Source: a plasmid. Taken from it: DNA of 64,000 nt. The stretch lies in sequence record NZ_CP124633.1. The stretch is one strand, 5' to 3'. The position numbers were made by a program, and so were the translations under genes. Below, in pieces: positions 56,173 to 64,000 of this stretch; within the stretch, counting starts at the first letter, position 1; the number at the start of each line of letters is the position of its first letter. The notes under the pieces were generated by a model that made no database searches, was not told the origin of the DNA, and worked only from the letters and a program-made list of their open reading frames with translations.

Positions 56173-56999
56173 GGCCTGCCTCCCTGCCCGTCGTCGGTGC
56201 TGGGCTTAGCTTGGGAGGAGCCGGCGGCGAGCAGGTCGGCCAGCTCGTTTTCGGTGTCCCAATCGATCTGCTGAAACACATCCTTTATCTCGTCGAGTGC
56301 CGAGCGGCATTTGTTCCAGTTCGCGTACACCTTGTCTTCGTCGTAGATGTTCCGGCCCCGGTACGCGTCGACCTGCTCAGGATCGAGCTGCGCCTTGATG
56401 GCGGCGAAGTGTTCGAGGCGGACCAGGCGGTAGCCATCAGGCACGCTGTGCTGAGCCTTGGCGGGCGGGGCTGAGCCTGCGAGAACTTCACGCACCTTCT
56501 CGATGCCATGCATCACCGTGGTCGGCCATGAGCCATGGTCGGCAGCGTTGACCACTACCCGCAGGACGTGCTCCAGCTCCGCGACCCTGGCCTGGGCGAC
56601 GTCGCGCTGATTCAAGGCCTTGGCACAAGCCTCGCTGAGCAGGCGCTCATGCTGTTCTGCTGCCGCATCGAGACCGATTGGACTCAGGTGCTCTCCGAGC
56701 GGTCGCACGTACTGACACACCGGGCCGTTATCGGTATCGTGGATCGACAGCACGAACCAACCGGCGCCTTCGGGCCGCGTTGGGATCCACTCGCTGTATC
56801 GTTGGTCCGAACGGGCAGAGTCGTAGAGGCGAGGCGCATCCGACTCCATGAAGACGTTCTGCAACTCCAGTCCAAGCCGGCGCAGAGTTTCCTGCGCCTC
56901 GCTGGAAGAGCAGTTGTCGGCCAGGTCCGGATAGTTCGGATGGGTCCAGAAGCCGAACTGATCGCGTTCGACCAGGTGGGCTTGAATCATAGGCTTCAT
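56169..56999 (-). CDS. hypothetical protein (276 aa)
   Basis: start MKPMIQAH with GAGGGGGG SD. Confidence 0.45.
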   Translation of the reverse strand: MKPMIQAHLVERDQFGFWTHPNYPDLADNCSSSEAQETLRRLGLELQNVFMESDAPRLYDSARSDQRYSEWIPTRPEGAGWFVLSIHDTDNGPVCQYVRPLGEHLSPIGLDAAAEQHERLLSEACAKALNQRDVAQARVAELEHVLRVVVNAADHGSWPTTVMHGIEKVREVLAGSAPPAKAQHSVPDGYRLVRLEHFAAIKAQLDPEQVDAYRGRNIYDEDKVYANWNKCRSALDEIKDVFQQIDWDTENELADLLAAGSSQAKPSTDDGQGGRP

Positions 57000-57492
57000 G
57001 CCAGCCCCCCTCGCTCATGCCAAGCACTGCACTTGCCTCTGCGGCCAGTTGCTGGCCTTCCGGGCTAGGCGAGCTGCCGACGAAGAGCATCAGCCGCTCG
57101 ATGACCTTCACGGTGTCCTGGGAGGGTTGGGCGAACTCGGCCAGGTGATCGATGGCAGTCGCGATATTCCAGATAGCCCTGTTCATGTCCCGCTGGATCA
57201 TGTGGATCGAGCTGGCATTGGCCGCGATGGCCAGTTGCGACTTCGTCTGCAACAGTAGGTCGTGGGCGATTTGGAGCAGGGCGTTCTGCAGGGGCTGTCC
57301 ACAGGCACGCTGCTGAGCGCGAACCGGAGCGACAAGGCCCTGCAGCATCGCAGCACCTTCAGCCTCGACCAGCAGATTGTCGGAAGCACCGGCGGCAGCG
57401 CCTGCTTTGGCCATGTAGCCTTGCACGTAGGCGTCGAACTGGGTCTCGGCGATCAGGCTCAGGATGAGGTTGTTGCGGTTCTGGAGGTTCAT
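56996..57492 (-). CDS. hypothetical protein; current frame reads through G6 run (57005-57010) to 56728, with G7 it would stop at 56996 and couple to downstream gene
   Basis: protein-like sequence up to ...AVLGMSEGG then junk. Confidence 0.4.
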
Positions 57493-58226
57493 ATGAGACC
57501 CTCCGGAGCCGATTGCAGAGCGTCTGTCCAGAGCCGAAGGGTTTCCTGCTCCTCGCTGGTCAGAGCGATCTGTGCGGTGCAGTCAGCGACCTTCTGTTTG
57601 ATGACGCGCAGGCGCTCCTCGACTTCACTGCCATCGTCATAGGCGATTTCGTTAATCAGATGACTAATGAAGTCACATCGCAGGCTCCCCACCTGACTAG
57701 CGAAATACTCGGCTTCACTGCGCCACCCGATGAGCTGCTTGGGACGCTCCAGCCAGCGTTTGAGTTTTGAGTGGAGCTGGTGCGTGGAGTACAGAGGATC
57801 GAACACCTTGGCCCGGTTGTAGATCAACGCGATCTGCAGGATTTCCAGCCGCTCTTCGAGCGTATTTCCCGGAAGCGGGTAGTTCGAGGCGACCAGTTGC
57901 TTGGCCAGGCGCCCACGCAGCTCACGCCGTTTCTTGGCTTGTTTCTCGTCGCGATCACGCTTTTCTTTCGCATGCTCAACCTGCTTGTTCACCGAGTCGA
58001 GCAGGCGCGCAGCGTCTTGTAGGAGCTGTTTTTGTTCGAAGCTCAAGTAGCAACCCAGCTTCCCGAACAGGTCGGTACCGCCACCAGTCAGCTTGCGTAT
58101 TTCTCGCGCAGCGCCGGTCAATTTGGCCTGCTGGCTCCGAAGGTCGGCGGCGCTGCCGAACTTGTTCAGTTGCAGCACAAGTTCCGCGTCGACGTCGCGG
58201 GCTTGGGTGATAGGAGTCTTCGCCAT
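57489..58226 (-). CDS. hypothetical coiled-coil protein (245 aa)
   Basis: start MAKTPITQARD; between parA and downstream genes. Confidence 0.45.
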   Translation of the reverse strand: MAKTPITQARDVDAELVLQLNKFGSAADLRSQQAKLTGAAREIRKLTGGGTDLFGKLGCYLSFEQKQLLQDAARLLDSVNKQVEHAKEKRDRDEKQAKKRRELRGRLAKQLVASNYPLPGNTLEERLEILQIALIYNRAKVFDPLYSTHQLHSKLKRWLERPKQLIGWRSEAEYFASQVGSLRCDFISHLINEIAYDDGSEVEERLRVIKQKVADCTAQIALTSEEQETLRLWTDALQSAPEGLI

Positions 58227-58227
58227 G

Positions 58228-59093
58228 TCAGCGCCCTCCCTTGACCAGTGCTGCAACCGCCTCCGGCGTCAGCGCCAGGAAGCGGTCAGTCCACTCGGGA
58301 AAGACCTCGATGGCCAGGTTGCGGATGATTTCCAGCGCGGGCGCGGATGTGCGATTCGAGGGTTGCCGCGTTTCGAGGCGGTGCGCTGGTAGCCCGCGCG
58401 ATGCTGCGTTGCGAAACACGACGGCATCCGGGACAGTCGTTTCGAGCACAGAAATGTCCTGATGCTCATCGAAGATGGCACGCACATTCTCGTGAATCGC
58501 CCGGGAGTCATTGGTCTGGTCCAGGCAGTTGATGACGATCTGTACATTGGGAATCCGCATGCCGAGGCGCTCGTAGGGACGCAGTCCATCGAGCATTTGC
58601 ATGGTGCCGCGGTTGAACTCGCGGGCAGTGAGCATGTTGGGCTGTAGGGGGAAACAACCAGATCCGATGCGAGCACGACCATTTCGAGTAGGGCGGAGCG
58701 CGCACCTTGGGTGTCGATCAACACCAGGTCGTAGCCCTGTTTCAAGGACGGCATGAGGTTTGCCAGCCGGAGCCGGCCATCGGGCGCCTGGAGCAGTAGG
58801 TTGTTGAGCTGGTTGTTCTGGTCGTTGGAAATCACGACGTCCAGGTTGGGGATAATCGTCCTGGAGATGATCCTCGCTGGGTCAGTTATGTTGGCGGCGA
58901 GCAGGTCGTAGATGCCGCCCTGGGCGACTTCAGGAAGCTCGTAGTACGAGGATAGGGAGGGCTGGACGGGGTCCAGATCGATGAGGAGGGTTCGTATGCC
59001 TGCGTCGGCGCAAAATGCACCGAGGTTGGCGGCGGTGGTGGATTTCCCTACACCACCCTTGGTGGATACAATTGAAGTCGCTTTCGCACTCAT
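58228..59093 (-). CDS. parA: ParA/Soj partition ATPase, frame broken near 58636-58650 (G5 run)
   Basis: N-half STKGGVGKST Walker A in ORF 58269..59093, C-half MLTAREFNRGTMQMLDGL in ORF 58228..58635; adding one C gives DLVVSPLQPNMLTAREF. Confidence 0.8.
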
Positions 59094-59186
59094 GTCTACA
59101 GCCTCTAATGTGGGGTCATTAGAGGCTGCTAAACAGACTCGTTGTAACGGGAGTGGAAACCCTTCCTAGACGACCTTGGTCCAAAT

Positions 59187-59252
59187 GGCTTTTAACCAAT
59201 TGGTTGGCTTTTAACCAATTGGTCGTAGGTTCGAATCCTACACGACCCACCA
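59187..59252 (+). other. att core: 3' 49 nt of tRNA-Lys(UUU) (TTGGCTTTTAACCAATTGGTCGTAGGTTCGAATCCTACACGACCCACCA) preceded by a 17-19-nt tandem duplicate of the anticodon-arm segment; no 5' half of the tRNA
   Basis: read directly; anticodon loop CTTTTAA, T-arm GGTTCGAATCC, CCA end. Confidence 0.8.
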
Positions 59253-59364
59253 TTTTCGACGGGGCGAGTTGCATAGGTCTAGGAAGGGGTGTTACGCCGG
59301 TTCTTGTCTAGCAGCCGTCTGGGCCGAACATTAGGCCCGCATTGACGTGATGTCAATATGGAAT

Positions 59365-59396
59365 AGCCCGCCTATTTAGGTGGGCTTTTCTGTTTC
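59365..59396 (+). terminator. hairpin agcccgcc-tattta-ggtgggct followed by TTTTCTGTTTC
   Basis: read directly; adjacent 6-bp inverted repeat ATTGAC-gtgat-GTCAAT at 59341..59357. Confidence 0.45.
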
Positions 59397-59588
59397 TAAG
59401 GCCCTGAAGCCATGGGATTGGCCCTGAGCTGGCCGCTCATACCTATCTGTAGGCGTAGCAAAGCACCTCCGACGTAATCTGCGATTACAGAGGGTCATGC
59501 GGTGATAGCCGCGAGAATTCAGGGCTCTGCGAGTGCGCCGGCGTTGATGTGCAGAGGCCCTCGCTTATTTCAGATTTTCCCTACCGGC

Positions 59589-60890
59589 CTACCGATCGGC
59601 CAACGGGGGGCTTGCTTTCTTTCCGACAACGGTACCCCATCTAGGAGCGCAGTTGCCCTCGGTTGTCGTCAGGCTTGCCTGTCGCAACAGGTGTTGGGCC
59701 AGCAGCGCGAACAGCAAGTCCTGTTCGGAGTTGTCCGCTGGTGGGGGTACCGCGTCGGCTCTTCTTTGAGTACAGAAGGGTGGTGAGTTGTAAGCCTGAA
59801 TCTCCTGATCAGACCCCGTACTCGTCACTTCTGCTGTGGGTACCTGTGTCGACGGACTGCTTCCTCTCTGAGTTGGGCGTGGCAGCGCCGGCCTTGAATG
59901 AGCCGCCTTCTGCGGCGATCCACTGTAATCGACCTTTTGGGTCTGTGCCACGGCGCCCTGAGCTAGGCTTCGCTCGTTAAGCACTGCCCGAATCTGATCG
60001 TGATCCGTCTCGATATAGCTCATTGTTGTTTGGATGTTGGAGTGGTTGAGTAGATCCTTGGCGACATGGATATTGCGCTCATGCTGCTTCATCAAGTCGG
60101 AAGCCAGGGTGTGCCTGAATCGATGGGGCGTCATTCGTACCCCGGTCTTCTCGGTCAACTTTCTGTACATCGCCTCGACTTGGTCGGCATTCATTTCCTT
60201 GCGTGCATAGTGGCGTGAGAAACGATTCACATTGAATAGCTGGTCGTGGTGGCTCATGCTTACCTGCTCGGCTTCCTGGAGTAGCCGCCGTATATGGGGG
60301 GCTATCCCATCGGTGATGGGGACGGAAAACTCTCGGTGGGTTTTCTCTGTCTCAGCCCGGATCAGGATCATTTTTCTTTTCCAGTCCACATCGCACTTAC
60401 GAATGCACAGCAGCGCATTCAGACGGATGCCGGTTTCGTAGAATGTCTCGAATACGCACCGCCAGAACCAAACCGGAGTGATTCGTGCGCGTTCCCCCGT
60501 GCAGTGCTCGGAGCTATCTAGCACTTTCAGCCAGGAGCGAGCGCTTTGTATGGCATCGAGTGCTACTGTCTTGCTCGGCCGCTTTGGCGGCGTCACTCCG
60601 GTTTTCTTGAAAGGATTGATTTGGCTGTGGGTCAGCAGTTCGTACTCAATGGCATATCCCCAAACGGTGCGCAGGTGGCTCGAGTAAGTGTTCCAACTGC
60701 GTTTGGATAGCCCCTGCTCCAATACCTTTCGTCTCCATTCCAATACACTCCGATGAGTGATTTCCTGCACGGTGACTGTGCTGCCGAAGTGCTTCATGAG
60801 CGCTCTGGTTGCTGCTCGATAGGTCTTCTGGCTGGCCTCTCTGAGGTCGTGTGCGAAGAGATATTCCTCGGTCAATTGAAGTGGGGTCAT
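59589..60890 (-). CDS. int: tyrosine recombinase / integrase (XerC-like)
   Basis: HRFRHTLASDLM...TTMSYIETD catalytic box; C-terminal ~90 aa low-complexity tail may be artefactual. Confidence 0.85.
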   Translation of the reverse strand: MTPLQLTEEYLFAHDLREASQKTYRAATRALMKHFGSTVTVQEITHRSVLEWRRKVLEQGLSKRSWNTYSSHLRTVWGYAIEYELLTHSQINPFKKTGVTPPKRPSKTVALDAIQSARSWLKVLDSSEHCTGERARITPVWFWRCVFETFYETGIRLNALLCIRKCDVDWKRKMILIRAETEKTHREFSVPITDGIAPHIRRLLQEAEQVSMSHHDQLFNVNRFSRHYARKEMNADQVEAMYRKLTEKTGVRMTPHRFRHTLASDLMKQHERNIHVAKDLLNHSNIQTTMSYIETDHDQIRAVLNERSLAQGAVAQTQKVDYSGSPQKAAHSRPALPRPTQRGSSPSTQVPTAEVTSTGSDQEIQAYNSPPFCTQRRADAVPPPADNSEQDLLFALLAQHLLRQASLTTTEGNCAPRWGTVVGKKASPPLADR

Positions 60891-62817
60891 TCCACACCCC
60901 CTTCGGCATCGGTGATGACCGTGAGGCTTGGGTTGTCCAGAGGCTGCACAGGGAACAGCAGTTTGGGATCCTGGAGCAGGTATGCCTTGAGCTCTTTCGT
61001 CTTGCGAGGACCAGAAACCTTGATGGTCCAGATGTTCAGGTTCTTATTGGTCTTTCGGTGAAGACCCTGTTTCTCGAACGCGCGTTGCACCAGCTTCCAG
61101 CCGGTCGTCTCCTTGGCCTGGGCCAGCTTTTCGAGCTCTGGATGCTCATGGACATAACGCTTGAAGATTCCTGGTGTGACCAGCATGGCGGTCCCGTCGA
61201 CGGTATGTATCAAGGCTTTGGTGTCGTTGATGAACAGGCGACGGGCCGCGGTGCCAGCTTTCATCCAGCCAACGAATCCCTGTCCCAGATCAGTGCTTCT
61301 GCTAGGCATAAATACGTCTTCAACTGTTTCAGGAGCGCAATCTGTTGGCTCCTTGTTCCCTAGTGGCTGCTGTAGGTTCTCCTCCCCGCGAGTGTTCGTA
61401 GGAGAAGCAGCCGGTGAGTCGTGGCTAGTGTCTAGCTCTTCTGGTGGCGAATTGATATTACCAAGAAGTGCGTACAAATCGTCTGTTTCTTCTTGATCAT
61501 CAGTTGAGGGTTTCGCAATCGCCTGTATGTCGTTTGACGGTTTCGCAATGGTCGGCGCAGGCTGGCGGAGCGTCATCTTGGCTTCTGGCGCCTGTCGCTG
61601 TTCAATCGGATCGTTGGGGATTTCGCAGGTCGTTTCCGGCTTTTCAGGGGAGGCGTTGCCCTCTTCAATAACGAGTGATCCGCTGTAGGAATCAGGCCGC
61701 TCGGCAGGGTCAGCCCAGATCAAGGCTGGAGCGATCTTGAGGAGCGTGAACTTGTTTCTCCACCCAGCACCATTGTCTATCGTGGCCGTCCAGATGGCCT
61801 TGTCTTCGGCGTTCGTCTGGATGACGGCCTGGTCCTGGAGCATGTTGAAGAATGGCGCGTTGGAGGAGGGGACCCCTTCGATTCCCTGAGCCAGCAGGTA
61901 GGCTCTCAACTGATCGGCCGCGGGCTTGCTCACCAGCCAGAGTGCGTCCTGAGTCAGCCATCCATCGGACGGGCCGCTAGGTTGATTCAACTTGAACTTG
62001 TCCTTCACCAAGAAGCGAAGGCCGTCTGCCAACTGCCGCTGCAGCGACTGCTTCGGTGCAGCCAGCGCTCGATCCGGATTACCCCCAGCTCCTGCGCGAC
62101 TGAGGCCTGGTCTGCCTTCACGACAATCTCACCGAGGATCCCGGCGTGCTCGTACTGCCCTGCGAACAGATAGATCAATTGAGCCCACAGCTCTGGAAAG
62201 CGACTGAGCCAGTCGAGTGCAGTGCGCGGTAGCAGTTGGTGGATGAGTAGCGCTGAGGCTGCGCCGTGGAGTTGGTATTCGCGGGACTTCACATACTTGA
62301 AGCGGTAAGGCTGGTTGATCGGTCCGTTCCAAGGGTGCCAGGTGCTGCCGTCCTGCAACTCCACCTGCAGGTCGACGACGATCTTGCCTATGTCGTGAGC
62401 CAGGGCACCATAAGCCGCGGCAGCCGACCAGGCTTCAGCCTGGGCTGACTGTGACTCCGGCGCTGCGCCGATCGGGAGCAAATAGGTCTGTCGTACCTTC
62501 AGTGCGTAGGCCACGATCTCCAAGCCGTGATCGATCATCCCGCCTGGATGGGCATGGTGATGGTTCTCCGAAGCAGGGAGTTGCTGGACCAGCTCGGCGT
62601 AGTTGGCCAGTGGTCGGCGGTAGATCTCCTCGAATTGCTGCTTGGACAGCGAGGCGCGCTGCCAGATGTTCTCCAGTAGCTGCCGCCGACGAGGCGTGCC
62701 GAGCAGCTCCATACTGCTCAGAGGAGGGAGGAATCCCCCGGGGGCAGCTTTGGTTAGTGGGCTGAGGGAAGGCTTTCTGGAGATCCAGGAAAGGAGTTGA
62801 AACATGGGAGGCTCCAT
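60887..62817 (-). CDS. traI: MobH-family relaxase TraI (HD-domain, PFGI-1 class), frame broken at G5 run 62081-62085
   Basis: HD motif HHAHPGGMIDHGLE in ORF 62005..62817; C-domain ORF 60887..62032; with G6 reads ...VAQELGGNPDRALAAPKQSLQRQLADGLRFLVKD. Confidence 0.7.
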
Positions 62818-63134
62818 GACGATTCATGGAGCGGGCTTTTCCGCCAGATCAGGGGTTGGCAACAACGATAAAACAACGGTAGCGGGGAAGGGTATTTTGT
62901 TGGCAATATGCCATCTTGGTCTTGTGCTTTACCTGGGAGGAACTGGGCCAGGCTCAACCATGGGGCACCTGCTGGTGAATGTTCACCCGTAGCCTTTTCG
63001 TGTTCGCCGGCGCGAACGCAGCCATTTCTGCCTTCCGGCAGGCCCTTTCGGGTAGGGCTTTTACCCTTGTGGACCATTCCCTTCGCCCTTCAAGCCCATT
63101 TCCCCTTTGGGCCATTTGCTCCTGCTACAGCTGC

Positions 63135-63266
63135 TCACCGATGGGGCAGGTATTGATCCAGATCCATGGAGTCGTGAAGCACGCGAACCACCTCGAGCAC
63201 CTGGTCTGTCGCCACTCGGTAGAAGACGAAGTGCCTGGGCCGAACAACCTTACCGACGTTGGGCAT
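63135..63266 (-). pseudogene. C-terminal remnant of a ParE/RelE-family toxin
   Basis: MPNVGKVVRPRHFVFYRVATDQVLEVVRVLHDSMDLDQYLPHR; no intact N-terminus in frame. Confidence 0.3.
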
Positions 63267-63416
63267 GAGCGGCAGTAAATGAGGTGGATGCTGCGCAAGC
63301 TTGCGCCTACTTCTTCACGGTCGAGGCCACTCGATGTTCTGGGCACGGGTTGCCAATTCAGCTGTTTCGGCGTATAGATGATGGCAGTATGCCCTTTTCT
63401 GGGGGAGAGGAGGTTG

Positions 63417-63761
63417 ATGATGAAGGCACACGCCAACAAAGGTTTTGCCGCCCGGGTTGGTTATGCTCTGGGCACGCTTGTGCGCTTCTGCCTACATGAT
63501 CGTCGGCCTGTCGCGCGCTGGGCCAAGCGAGTCAGCCTGTTGGTGGTGCTGCTAGTTGTGCTTGTCCACAACTTTACCTGGCTGGCCAGCGTCTCACTGT
63601 CGTTGCTGTGTATGGGGCTGGTAGGCTGGGCTTTAGTAAGAAGTGATATGAAGTTAATGTCGGCCGAAAATAAGATAAGCTTATTTGATCGCGAGAATGG
63701 ATATCGTGATGGCCTATCTGGCTATGGTCATTATATAAATGGGATGCGTGTTGATGACTGA
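63417..63761 (+). CDS. membrane protein (114 aa, two TM helices), AT-rich 3' end
   Basis: GGAGAGGAGG SD before ATGATG at 63417. Confidence 0.5.
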   Translation: MMKAHANKGFAARVGYALGTLVRFCLHDRRPVARWAKRVSLLVVLLVVLVHNFTWLASVSLSLLCMGLVGWALVRSDMKLMSAENKISLFDRENGYRDGLSGYGHYINGMRVDD

Positions 63762-63795
63762 GGTTTGGCCTGGTAGAACCAGGCCAATTTCAACA

Positions 63796-63999
63796 TTAGT
63801 TACCTTTCTGGATACCGGTAGACACTGTCTTAATACCTGACTCAGCGAGGTTTCCCGCTCTTTCTCCCGCTTTGCCAACAGCGTCTGTACCAGCTTGAAG
63901 TCCACCTAGGACCGATCCTACGCTTACTCCTGCCCAGCCTACAGCTGTTATCCATAGCATGGGTAAAATAACGAACATCGCCCCCATCACAAAGTTCAA
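63796..63999 (-). CDS. hydrophobic hypothetical protein, start at or beyond window end
   Basis: ORF abuts window end. Confidence 0.3.
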   Translation of the reverse strand: MNFVMGAMFVILPMLWITAVGWAGVSVGSVLGGLQAGTDAVGKAGERAGNLAESGIKTVSTGIQKGN

Positions 64000-64000
64000 T

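Overview
This 64-kb window looks like the backbone of a Pseudomonas pKLC102/PAPI-1-family integrative conjugative element (ICE). It spans the parA(soj)/tRNA-Lys-att/int circular junction. GC is high (about 64%). Nearly all genes sit on the minus strand in long, translationally coupled operons.

Reading from the left:

- A TraD-type coupling protein running off the window start, followed by small exported/periplasmic transfer-operon proteins.
- A low-GC cargo cassette (4.5-8.7 kb) with two TcmP-like paralogs flanking a frame-broken DUF5131 (three-Cys) gene, plus an IS3-family transposase remnant.
- An operon ending in a gamma-class N6-adenine methyltransferase and a SNF2 helicase that carries a Zn-ribbon and helix-hairpin-helix (HhH) insertion.
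- A run of small hypothetical genes, then the complete ten-gene R64/PAPI-1-type type IVb pilus cluster (pilL-N-O-P-Q-R-S-T-V-M).
- A RelE/HigB-like toxin-antitoxin pair.
- A second SNF2 helicase, topoisomerase III, a CrpP-like Rmf-fold gene, ssb and a Rha-like regulator.
- A roughly 17-copy array of 57-bp tandem repeats (the pKLC102-type putative oriV) next to a STY4528-like replication protein.
- parB, an Arc-like repressor, a Dam-like methylase, ndpA/yejK, dnaB, an HNH endonuclease, a Lar-like zinc-ribbon protein and parA.
- The 3' end of tRNA-Lys (att core), a tyrosine integrase and a MobH-type relaxase.

Structure not explained by the gene calls:

- At least eight genes, including pilL, traI, parA and the HNH gene, are interrupted by single-base deletions inside G/C homopolymer runs. 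That pattern points to systematic homopolymer undercalling in the assembly more than to pseudogenisation.
- An iteron-like palindrome cluster with an AT-rich tract lies inside the rep ORF.
- There are duplicated leader elements, and a threefold 55-65-bp direct repeat around the crpP-like gene.
- A convergent antisense gene overlap occurs near dnaB.

All functional assignments come from reading the translations. No database search was run.
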